DNA from: a virus
IMG/VR virus record: IMGVR_UViG_3300019888_000107
Coordinates: 46,391-110,390 of that record
Strand: one strand, 5' to 3'
Length of the DNA: 64,000 nucleotides
The notes under the pieces are model-generated. The model was given only the letters and a program-made list of their open reading frames with translations. It was not told the DNA's origin and did no database searches. The first letter of the stretch is position 1. Every line of letters begins with the position of its first letter. The position numbers were made by a program, and so were the translations under genes. This document shows positions 19,501 to 27,782 of this stretch, one piece after another.

Positions 19501-21570
19501 CGAAGGCTTGTGGTTGGCCGTGAGGATCAGCGTGTGGGTGGGCCGGAACGTGATGGGGTTTTGGTTCATCGCGTTCCCGGTCAGCTCGCCCCCACCGGAG
19601 TACCTCTTCAAGCGCTCCTGAGGGCCCTTGGCGTCTGACGGGGCCTCGTCGATGAAGGACAACCGCCGCCCTTTGAGCGCGAAAATAATCGAGTCATGGG
19701 AGTTGTCCCCACTGAGTAGTTTGGGGTTGGCGGCGTGCCCGTAGGTTCCCAAACACGACATGATGAGCGTGATGACCGACGTTTTCCCGGTTCCGGCTGG
19801 GCCTAGCAGAATCGGTAGCGCCGCGTCGGGATACCCGGTCACCGAAATGGACAGCACCCGCAGCACCCACGCTCGGATGGCGGCGTCCGGCCACACCGCG
19901 ACCAGCAGCGCGTCCCAATGCGGGGTGGGCATGATCTCGGGCATGACCCCGGCCGAGGATAGGTGCACGATTTTGTCGCCGACGTCGGTCAGCGCCGGAC
20001 CGTCCCCGCTGGCGCGCAAGTCATAGGGCATCCCTCCGGCCCACAAAATCTCCGGATCCGAGTCCAGATCGGCCAGTTTTACCGCGCTGGGATGGATACC
20101 ACCAGCAACAGTCCGCCGCATGGAAGCCGCAACAGCGTTGGCGCCCGCATTGTTTTCCATCCGTGTCCGTCGCGCGAACTGCCGGTGAGCGACGGTGTAC
20201 TCAGTTTTCTTTGTGGGTAGTTCGGGATCCCCAGCGGGCATCAGTTCGACAATTTCCTCCACGGCGCGCCCTGGCAGTGCGTCTCCGTGTAGTTCCCAGC
20301 ACAGCGGGCCCCGTTGCAGCCACCCGTTTCTGGTGTCGCTGGCATGGCGAATCATGGGCCGGCACCGATACAGCACAGCCTTGGCAATTTTGTGGTCGGT
20401 GTCGCATTGCGGATCGAACAGCTCAGCACCGATGACCTGCCGCCAGCCGTAGTCGATCGGGGCTGTGATCGGACCGGGCAACGGCTCGTAACGCTCCCCG
20501 GACGGGTCAAATTCACCACGGTCGTCAATGGGTGCAGGCGCCTGTACGGTGTCGTAGCCGCCGAGGGTCAGACACGGATCCCGATCAACCGGCGAACTCG
20601 CCCCGACGGCGGTGACGGCTTTGCGAGCGGAACTGAGTAGCATAGATTCGAACTCGTGGGCCCGGCCCTCACCCGACGTTAGTTCTTCCCACAACTCACG
20701 CAGGATCTCCAGCGCAACACCCACGCCCGGGTGCCCGCTGGCGCCGAGTTGCACCACGTTGTGGGTGCGGGCGGTCATGACGTCGTGACGAGAGCCGCTT
20801 TCGGCTTTACCCAGCTCAAGGACCGCCACCTGCGTCGCCCCGGCAACGTCGGAACACGCCACCCGCTCATCAGCCCGCAACGCGCACAGCAACTGCCAGC
20901 CGCTACCCGGGTCGGCCGCCGCCGCGCTCGCCTCGGTAGCCAACGCACCCAACTCCGCCACCCAACGAGCGGGCAATTCAGTCAGACCCGCCGGCCCCGG
21001 CACTACCCCATCACCCGCTAACCCACCGCCGGGGTCATACCAGCGATACCGCGCACCCTCGGCCAGATCGCGGTGAATCGACGGGGCCACCACGACGTAG
21101 CGGTGATGACGCTGGATGACCTCGATCGAGCCCCCCAAATGCGTGCCATACCGCCCGGCCGGAACGCGAAACAGCCGAATACCCGACGGCCCTGGTCCGG
21201 TCTCACTGCCCCGGGCGGTGGAGATCCAGGTAGCCGGCAGCACACCCCAGCTCGCCTCATACCCCGCGAGCACGTCGGCACCATTTTTGACTACCTCCCG
21301 GTCGGCCGCACCCGATTCCCCCGGCACGACCTTGGTGTAGTGGTCGACGTCAAGCCCGATCACCCCGGCGGGTAGCCGCAGCGCGATGGAGTAATCGGCG
21401 TACACACCCTCCGACCACGCGGTGAGCTGTTCGGGCGACGTGTCGATCCCGTCGGCGCCGGTGAACCCGGTGGGTGGTGGAAACTTCTCGGCGGGCGGAA
21501 CAGGCAGGATCCCGCGCCAGCCGGCGGTGTAGTACGCGCTCAGAGCGGATGCGAACACAGGGGAATTCAT
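16525..21570 (-). CDS. Fusion: Prim-Pol primase + D5/SF3 helicase + family A DNA polymerase with 3'-5' exonuclease
   Basis: GLDVD and YVVVAPSIH (Prim-Pol); GPAGTGKT, FIDE, LTANHKP (SF3); DIENTG (ExoI); ADFSGVELR, KRIVFGRLYG, VHDEL (PolA motifs A/B/C). Confidence 0.9.
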   Translation of the reverse strand: MNSPVFASALSAYYTAGWRGILPVPPAEKFPPPTGFTGADGIDTSPEQLTAWSEGVYADYSIALRLPAGVIGLDVDHYTKVVPGESGAADREVVKNGADVLAGYEASWGVLPATWISTARGSETGPGPSGIRLFRVPAGRYGTHLGGSIEVIQRHHRYVVVAPSIHRDLAEGARYRWYDPGGGLAGDGVVPGPAGLTELPARWVAELGALATEASAAAADPGSGWQLLCALRADERVACSDVAGATQVAVLELGKAESGSRHDVMTARTHNVVQLGASGHPGVGVALEILRELWEELTSGEGRAHEFESMLLSSARKAVTAVGASSPVDRDPCLTLGGYDTVQAPAPIDDRGEFDPSGERYEPLPGPITAPIDYGWRQVIGAELFDPQCDTDHKIAKAVLYRCRPMIRHASDTRNGWLQRGPLCWELHGDALPGRAVEEIVELMPAGDPELPTKKTEYTVAHRQFARRTRMENNAGANAVAASMRRTVAGGIHPSAVKLADLDSDPEILWAGGMPYDLRASGDGPALTDVGDKIVHLSSAGVMPEIMPTPHWDALLVAVWPDAAIRAWVLRVLSISVTGYPDAALPILLGPAGTGKTSVITLIMSCLGTYGHAANPKLLSGDNSHDSIIFALKGRRLSFIDEAPSDAKGPQERLKRYSGGGELTGNAMNQNPITFRPTHTLILTANHKPSLVDAAVRRRARLIPCEGAPQVVETVRRALTPAVWAGEAPGVLAFLMAEAAAWLADPNSALTSAAPPGIRFQAEEIAEEQDPVKQWVDDACEPWEAGTRSGTLHDAFIGWCRNHNVAKNLHLEITKWGVRLNELNYPATDRRDGRYRALRIRVDGGHGFFDSVPGGPGTASSPGAPISAEVAAHQARQTGITPNVEGPWRVGGGSSAQPSTPENPSSPPVFSSSVEGVEGLQTTNTQEVEEEEVRIPHAPYMAPICDDPPPSTVDHKNAASPAKTRISEPSTPAETLHTEADLAENTAVDLRKCADAGAALPDGLPEGYSPLRNVTPHQVTVWANTRGISKVDARAELKTLKAKVKVAEKLAMCRAGIDAAAGEYIGLPAGVDRGGHAVQLTEVQVLKVVRDCLARTGGALTVDIENTGYPVGHALYALRTIQLGDDEAAVVLDAQDPAQTALVATLLAEATFLHAHSATADLVPLVAAELIELESAWDRMHDTVIPAKLGDPQSTGSDPGLKKLADAVLGTRSVAPGAGEGRAALFKAAGWLTDTKIETPVERSGWAQCDYTRSTMIRYAASDVLDTHAVARELPIADPKIVYRERLAQRMTARVAHHGVRLDAEHIAAKLAEHRPAQAAARERVATFGIENAGSSKQVAAVMVELGATLPLSKKTGAPSVAKEVLEPLAELDQGAVGDVARAVLDYRHHSTVIGTFLEPMTQLCERGDGRVRPTVYTLGTVTGRMSCVRLNLQQLSRQGGVRACITADPGQLMIGADFSGVELRVAAALSGDTTLRQFLAEGRDLHAEIALQVFGACPKASEVSEKNPTGEPTPKKEHRYVAKRIVFGRLYGGGIPTLAAQGGTTHAVAQAAVDTLDAMTPGLTAWSADIRNAIKAGHVAYPSYSGRIIHFDPRLPHKGPNAAIQGSARELLVDALIRWGDTRWGRCVLLPVHDELDVFVPAEDAVEATSALVAAMETQMNGISIIAEPSAPAFAWADAA
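18640..18921. repeat. Ten GTGGAGGGT/ACCCTCCAC 9-mers around an AT-rich core; putative intragenic origin
   Basis: Forward at 18640, 18659, 18716, 18723, 18872; reverse at 18814, 18823, 18891, 18902, 18913. Confidence 0.8.
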
Positions 21571-21758
21571 TGCATCACCACACCGGATTGGCCGAACTCG
21601 AATCGAGCGGACCGGGCCGTAGTGAAACCCTCAGGCTCGTATACCCAGTCGATCCGCATGTGGTCAAAGAATACCGCCCATCGAGCTTCCAAACGGGAGC
21701 GGAAATGACAGCCGGCGTAACGGGTCGGAATCGCTGCGATTGCTGGCCTGGTGCTCAT
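21567..21758 (-). pseudogene. Truncated PD-(D/E)XK-like phage nuclease
   Basis: YAGCHFRSRLEARWAVFFD..WVYEPEGF; ends before the expected PDF/EVK motifs. Confidence 0.55.
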
Positions 21759-22477
21759 TCCGCCGTCACTCCGTCAATCAGCCCGGACCGTCGCAGATGC
21801 CCCATGAGCTGTGCCCCAATAAATTCCGTATAGCGCGGTGGGATCGACTCGCACACTTCTCGAATGGTGGTCATCCACGGCACACCCATCACCTCAGCCG
21901 CCCGCAGCCGCCACACCCGAGAATGCTTTCCCCCTGAGATTGTCATGTACTGGTCAGGCTCAGGTAGATACCCGTTTCGGGCGCATCTGGCCTGGTGAGC
22001 GGGGTGTTCGGGTTCGATCGACGGGAACGATGTCTCAAATCCGCGGTGTCTATATACCCGTAATCCGAACATGGATCCGCACAGTATGGTCGGCCGAATC
22101 AGCGGGGCCTGTACCACGTTTTCGATGACAAAGGGCATACCCACGGCCTCCAGAATGTCACGTACCGGCCCCACCAGATCGGGGTAAGTCTTTTTGTTGT
22201 ACGCATTCAGCGGCGAATACGCCTGGCACGGAGGGCTTGCCGCAATTGCAACCGCGCCCCACCGATGCGCTAATTCCTGAACTCCCGTGACGCCCAATTC
22301 CATGACGTCGGCGACTAGGCACGGCCCCGGGTAACGCGGTTGCTCGACCCAATCCACCCCGACCGTTGCGAACCCGGCGCGTTGATAACCGGCCCCCGCG
22401 CCGCCGCCGCCCGCAAATAGATCAAGTACGACGGGACGCCCACCAGTTCCCGGCCACACCGTCAGCGCCGCCATCAC
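21755..22477 (-). CDS. C5-cytosine DNA methyltransferase (compact)
   Basis: LDLFAGGGG, ASPPCQ, IENV, RHRGF. Confidence 0.85.
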   Translation of the reverse strand: MMAALTVWPGTGGRPVVLDLFAGGGGAGAGYQRAGFATVGVDWVEQPRYPGPCLVADVMELGVTGVQELAHRWGAVAIAASPPCQAYSPLNAYNKKTYPDLVGPVRDILEAVGMPFVIENVVQAPLIRPTILCGSMFGLRVYRHRGFETSFPSIEPEHPAHQARCARNGYLPEPDQYMTISGGKHSRVWRLRAAEVMGVPWMTTIREVCESIPPRYTEFIGAQLMGHLRRSGLIDGVTAE

Positions 22478-22974
22478 GGGCCCCCACGCCGGCTTAACGG
22501 GTCAGGGACGCCTCGGTCGTGCACCGCGCAATAGATGGCTTGCCTCGCTGCATCTCTAGCGTGCGGCATCCCGGCCAGCGACGAGAGCAGCCCCGCGGCA
22601 TCGAGGCGGGAGTTCGATGCCCAGGGCTTAACTTCGGCGGCTGAGCGCTGCACGACCGGAATCCCGTCTCGCCCGGTGTAGGTGCTGGCGATGGTCTCAA
22701 TGAGTCGACGGGTGATCTGCCCAGCTGCCGGCGTAGACGAACGAGCTGCTCGCGGGCCCACGACGAAACGCTCTACCGCGATGATCAGGTCACCAGGGGT
22801 GAGGGTGCTCGCGGCGTCGTCGGTGAGCGTGTCCAGCACCATCTCCACCCAGTTGTGCGAGACCTGCGCAAACCCGTGCCTGACCAGCGCGCCGGCCCGG
22901 TAGTGCAGGGCACAGATGCCGGTGGTGGGTCCCGGATCGCAGCCAATGACCGTGAGTTCGGCGGTATCGGTCAT
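22474..22974 (-). CDS. ruvC: RuvC-like Holliday junction resolvase
   Basis: VIGCDPGPTTG, AVERF, HARDAARQA. Confidence 0.75.
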   Translation of the reverse strand: MTDTAELTVIGCDPGPTTGICALHYRAGALVRHGFAQVSHNWVEMVLDTLTDDAASTLTPGDLIIAVERFVVGPRAARSSTPAAGQITRRLIETIASTYTGRDGIPVVQRSAAEVKPWASNSRLDAAGLLSSLAGMPHARDAARQAIYCAVHDRGVPDPLSRRGGP

Positions 22975-23176
22975 GACTCGCCACCGTTCGAGCGCCGCGT
23001 GGATGTGATCTCCCGACGGACCACGAACACGGCGTTGACCAGAACGGCGATCGACGGGGCGCCGACAATGGCCGTGACGGCGGCGGTGACCCCGGCGGGT
23101 AGAGCGATGAGGGAGAACGCCACCAGCAGCGACCACGTCAGCGCCGCCCCGAGGTAGACGTGAACGAGCATCCGAG

Positions 23177-23719
23177 TCATGACAGGCGCCGAGCCAGCTC
23201 GCGGAAACACAAACCGGTGGCCTGAACGTCCCCCGCCGCTGTGTGATCCCCCGGTTCAACCCCGAGAAGTTCGCAGATTCGGGTCAGTCCCGGCCGACGG
23301 CTCATGTCCAGCCCGAACAGCCGCCCCACCTCAACCGAGAGATCCCATAGCGCACCCCACGGATCCCCACACAACCCCGCTCGACCGAATAGCGGTGCCA
23401 GGAAGCGGGCGTCGAACTTGGGGTTGGAGCCAACCATCACCGCCCGGTAATAGAGGCTGTCACCCGAGAGCCGGGAATGGAGCCTGGCTAATTCGCTACC
23501 GTCGAAGTCTTGCGGCGCCGTGGCGATGCGATCGATGTAGCGGTTGACCTTGAGCGCTTCCGGGTGCGCGACGGCAATGACGTTGGTAGGGTCATGTACG
23601 GGGATGAAACAGCCACGCTCGTCGGTATTGAGATTCCACCACGCGACCTCGATTACCTGGTGCACGCGCGGGTCAAAGCCACTACATTCACAATCGACCA
23701 CAATCACTGGCGCCGCCAT
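23177..23719 (-). CDS. DnaQ-like DEDDh exonuclease
   Basis: VDCECSG, NPKFD, HTAAGD. Confidence 0.85.
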   Translation of the reverse strand: MAAPVIVVDCECSGFDPRVHQVIEVAWWNLNTDERGCFIPVHDPTNVIAVAHPEALKVNRYIDRIATAPQDFDGSELARLHSRLSGDSLYYRAVMVGSNPKFDARFLAPLFGRAGLCGDPWGALWDLSVEVGRLFGLDMSRRPGLTRICELLGVEPGDHTAAGDVQATGLCFRELARRLS

Positions 23720-23960
23720 GGCTACTCCCGCCCTTCCGGATCAATGACGTGCATGACCTGTTTGGCGGCGGCGAGTAACCCGTGCATTTGAATCCAATCC
23801 AGATCGTTCGAGACGGTGTACAGACTCGGCATTCCGTCGTCGAGGTTCATGACCTTGGCCAGCACCATCACTTCCACCAGCCGGTCTTGCGGCGCCAGGT
23901 CAATGGTGATGCCCAGCTGGTCGAGCACCGGCCCGATCGGCACAGGCCCTTCCGAATCGC

Positions 23961-24341
23961 TCATGTCGTGTCCTCGGCGGTGTGTTCGAGCCATTCCGAC
24001 AACGCGTCCCGCAGCGCCAGCACCTGAGACCGGTCCAATACGCAGGTGTCTTCATCGGGAATAGGGGACGACAGTGTGACGCGAAGATAGGGCCAGTAGT
24101 TGTGACCGTCGTAGTTTTCGCAACAGACACCCTCATCGAATGCCGCTGGGCTACACTCTTTCCCGGCGAGACACTTCCCGTCCCGGGTGATCCAGGGTGG
24201 AATGGACGCCAGATGGAAATGCCCACCCCGGTCGTCGCCCATCGACGGGAGCACGTGAGAGCGCTGATACACCAGGGGCGCCGGCCAGTCGGGTTCTTCC
24301 CCATCGAAGATGCAAAAGCTGCAGTAAATTGAGATTGTCAA
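23961..24341 (-). CDS. Hypothetical phage protein
   Basis: In operon; C-terminal LALRDALSEWL resembles the end of 24467-25021. Confidence 0.5.
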   Translation of the reverse strand: MTISIYCSFCIFDGEEPDWPAPLVYQRSHVLPSMGDDRGGHFHLASIPPWITRDGKCLAGKECSPAAFDEGVCCENYDGHNYWPYLRVTLSSPIPDEDTCVLDRSQVLALRDALSEWLEHTAEDTT

Positions 24342-24466
24342 CCCCTCCTCGGTGCCAGCGCCCTTGGGTGTTTACGTCAGTCGTCGTCTTCCGGATCTAT
24401 GTGCGTCTGTCCGCATTCGCAGTCAGTCTCATCGTCATCACCCATTCGGCTCACCCCCTTCCGCGC

Positions 24467-25021
24467 TCATGAGGCACCGTCCAGCCAGCGGGTGAGCCAA
24501 TCCCGTAGCGCGAGGGCGTTGTCCCGGTTCAGCCAGGTTTCACGCGCTTCGTAATCGGCGGAGTATCCATCCCGGGCTACTTCAATGCAGACCCCATCGA
24601 CGGCATCCGGTGCCCGCGGGTAGGCTTTACCGCGTTCGTGGGGGATGTTGCGGGTATCTGGTTCGATCCAGGCGTATAGCCAGCAGTCCTTGTCGAGTTG
24701 CAGCGGGTCCGCCGACGGAGGTATACGGGCTGGTGCGTCAGGAAACGGGCTTATGGGCGCGGCCACGTGATACTCAACCCTGGGGCACGAACCATCAGGG
24801 CGCGGCTTGTACGGACAAGGGGCGGGCTCCCAGATGTCCCGCTCGGCGTCCCGATAGTTCTTGACGTGATGCGGGCAGCGGATACTCGCGTCCCCTGGGG
24901 TGGGGCAGCCTCTCATTCGTTCTAAGAGGTCCAGCTGTTCGGCGGACAGTCGTGGTACGGGCTCACCCTTCGGTGTGGGGAACGGTCCGCTGGGCATCCA
25001 CGGGTCGCGTTGTGCGCTCAT
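24467..25021 (-). CDS. Hypothetical phage protein
   Basis: RBS GGAGAG. Confidence 0.5.
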   Translation of the reverse strand: MSAQRDPWMPSGPFPTPKGEPVPRLSAEQLDLLERMRGCPTPGDASIRCPHHVKNYRDAERDIWEPAPCPYKPRPDGSCPRVEYHVAAPISPFPDAPARIPPSADPLQLDKDCWLYAWIEPDTRNIPHERGKAYPRAPDAVDGVCIEVARDGYSADYEARETWLNRDNALALRDWLTRWLDGAS

Positions 25022-25718
25022 TGCTCTCTCCTGTGTGTGTGTACGCTGTTCCTCGGCGAACCGCTTCTCCGCGCATTTCCAGTGCTCAAAGTCCGGTATC
25101 CAGGCGTCGGCTTTCGCTTCGAGGGCGGCTTTGACTTCGGCGTAGCTTTTGACCGAACCGTCAGGGTTTTTGTTGTGCGTTACTGGTCACCATTGCGACC
25201 AGAACTGCCCGGTCAGGAGCGGCGCCGTGCACAGCCAAGACCAGCACTGGCCGCTTCTTGTACGGCTCATCCTCGCTCCTGCTGAAAGGAAACCAGACGG
25301 ACCGGAGATCGCCAGGAGTGATCACTCTTAGAGATCGTCGTAGATCGCGTCGTCCTCGCAGTCCCAGTCCTCAGCCCAGAGGCGGGAGACGTAGGCACGG
25401 ACGTCACCGTCGGCCTCGTCGTCGTCTGGCACGTACACGGCCGACGATCCAACGCTGTAGCTCAGGGAACTGCGGGGACTGCCGGCTGAGTTGGGAGCAA
25501 GCGGGACCATGCGACTTGGCGCGGATGTCAGGTCCGGGAAGTACGCAAGTGTCATTTCCGTTCCTCCCGAGGCCTATTTGCGTCCTCGACACGAGACAGG
25601 GTCGCCTCTAGGACGTCGAGCCACTCTCTCAACCTGGTGCGCACGCTCCGCTTCCCGCAGGTCGGGCACCTACCCGATTGCTGTCGACGGGCGACTACTT
25701 GGTCAAACCTGTAGGTCG

Positions 25719-26036
25719 TCATGCTGTACCTTCCATCCGCTTTCGTTCGGCGATCTCGTCGGCTAAATACCAAGCGCTTTTCTCCAGATCCTGAATCGAC
25801 GTGCCTTTGAGTCCTTCGCGCCATAGGTACTTAATAACGTTGCCCAACGCGAATGGAAAATGCCGGGTAATGTCGATGCATTCGATGGGATGCCCGCACG
25901 ACGAACAACGGAACGGCCCGGACGTATAGTGCGGCGGGTGATTGACCAGGTCGGGTGGTTCAGATACCGGTTTTGTCGGGGGTATACGTGTGGGTGCGTA
26001 GGTGGGTGGCGTCGGGAGACTCCCCATGACGCTCAT
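25719..26036 (-). CDS. DUF3310 protein
   Basis: VNHPPHY..IECID..GNVIKYLWR..KG..DLEKSAWYL. Confidence 0.9.
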   Translation of the reverse strand: MSVMGSLPTPPTYAPTRIPPTKPVSEPPDLVNHPPHYTSGPFRCSSCGHPIECIDITRHFPFALGNVIKYLWREGLKGTSIQDLEKSAWYLADEIAERKRMEGTA

Positions 26037-26620
26037 TCGCCCATCACCTTGTCCCAGATCTTCTGGGCAAACTGGGCATCACCCAGCGCGGTGTGTCTCT
26101 TGTCCTCGGGGATTGGGTCGAGCTTTAACGCTTCCGATAGGTCGTCGGAGTTCCACGGGGGCAGGAGCGGGCTACCTTGACCCGCGAGATACCCCACGGC
26201 GAGGTTTTCCACATCGCAAAGGTGATAATGCCACGACGGCGCCAGCCCGTGATCACGCAGCAGCCGGTCGAATATCTCGGTGTCGAAATGGGGTACCGCC
26301 CCAACCAGATGCGCGCCGTGGGTGAGCTGGGCAACCCGCAACGCGGCCGATCGACGGGTGACGTACTGGTGTTGGCCGTTCGGTGCGGGAGGTACGCCAC
26401 CGTTGCCGAACTTGATGAACTGCCCGAGCGGGTGCCGGCCATAGAAGCGCCCCACGTTGAGCCCGAACAGATCGGCGGTGGACAGGTCAATCTCGACGAA
26501 CGCCGACCAGGTGATCTCAGGCTTACCGGGGCGACGCAGAATGAGGGCGATCTCCCAGGGTTTGCGGGTGGGATGTATACCATCAGATTCTGTGTCGATA
26601 AAACAAATGGGGACGTTCAC
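26033..26620 (-). CDS. DnaQ-like exonuclease (second copy)
   Basis: FIDTESDG, PHFD, HTALGDA. Confidence 0.85.
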   Translation of the reverse strand: MNVPICFIDTESDGIHPTRKPWEIALILRRPGKPEITWSAFVEIDLSTADLFGLNVGRFYGRHPLGQFIKFGNGGVPPAPNGQHQYVTRRSAALRVAQLTHGAHLVGAVPHFDTEIFDRLLRDHGLAPSWHYHLCDVENLAVGYLAGQGSPLLPPWNSDDLSEALKLDPIPEDKRHTALGDAQFAQKIWDKVMGE

Positions 26621-26813
26621 GCTTACTGCTCTCCTGTTTGTTTGACGTGCCGTCGGTGGTGTGTGGTGGCGGTCTTTTCGAACGGGCTGCCTTTGTGATC
26701 GCGGTTGATGCGCCACTGCCCGCACGTGCAATACCAGTGGGGTCTGGTGTTGTTGGGGATACCGAGATGTGCAAGCCCCGTAAAGCCAGGTCGATAGCGA
26801 AGTTCGTGGTCCA

Positions 26814-27782
26814 TTACGACGCTTTCCCCGATTCGCTAGCTTTTGCCAACTGCCCTGGATTGCGTGCCCGCCATTGGGCTAGCCGGATGTAGTCGGGGGA
26901 AAGCTCGACGCCAATACCCATCCGACCAAGGGCTACCGCAACGATGGCTGTGGTGCCGGTACCAGAGAACGGATCGAGCACGACACCGCCGACGGGGGAC
27001 CAGCCTTTGATGAGCCGCCTAGGCCACTCCATCGGAAACGCAGCGAAGTGCTTGATCCCGAGGTCGGCGGGGACCGTCAGCGGCTGTGCTGTGATGGACC
27101 AGACCGAGCCGGGTAGTTTGCCGCGGGGATTCTGGGTGCTAGTGCGACCGCCGCCGGCCAGGTCGAGCCGGGCGTCTGGCCGATCGCGTCGGTTCCGCGC
27201 GTGTGCCGAGTTGTCGGTGTGCGGCTCCCGGATAGCGTCGATCGAGCTGTAGTAGCGCGGTCGCAGGGTGAGGTGGATCCAGTCCTCATGCGAGCGACGG
27301 ACCCGATCAGTGACGGACTCGGGAATGGGGTTGGGCTTGGACCAGATCACCACTGCCCTGGCGATCAGCCCCAGTTCGTCCACCGCGCGGATCCGGAAGC
27401 GCTCGGGCAACAGCAGCAGAGACTTCGGTGGGACTCCGGCGACCCGGCCTGAGCGACGTTTGGCGTGCTGATCACTGAGACCCCCACCCCGATGCCGCGC
27501 GCCGAGCTTGGCCAGGCCGGACTGTCCGCTGTTGCCGGTGGAGTACTTGTCGCCGAGGTTGATGAAGATTGACCCCGTGGGCTTGAGTACCCGGACCATC
27601 TCGGCAGTGCAGACGATCAGCGCGTCCAGGAACTCGGCCGGCGTGGGCTCACCACCGATCTGCCCCTCGATCCCGTAGTCACGCAGCCCGAAGTACGGCG
27701 GGGAGGTAACGATCAGATCAACCGACTCGTCGGCTAATGGCAGATTGCGGGCGTCGCCTTGAATGAATGTCGGGATCGTCAC
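26814..27782 (-). CDS. N4-C/N6-A DNA methyltransferase (beta class)
   Basis: VTSPPY, HFAAFP, VLDPFSGTGTT. Confidence 0.92.
   Translation of the reverse strand: MTIPTFIQGDARNLPLADESVDLIVTSPPYFGLRDYGIEGQIGGEPTPAEFLDALIVCTAEMVRVLKPTGSIFINLGDKYSTGNSGQSGLAKLGARHRGGGLSDQHAKRRSGRVAGVPPKSLLLLPERFRIRAVDELGLIARAVVIWSKPNPIPESVTDRVRRSHEDWIHLTLRPRYYSSIDAIREPHTDNSAHARNRRDRPDARLDLAGGGRTSTQNPRGKLPGSVWSITAQPLTVPADLGIKHFAAFPMEWPRRLIKGWSPVGGVVLDPFSGTGTTAIVAVALGRMGIGVELSPDYIRLAQWRARNPGQLAKASESGKAS

Noticed and set aside
21755-27782. Restriction-modification system
   Set aside because: Both MTases are orphans; the only adjacent nuclease-like ORF is truncated.
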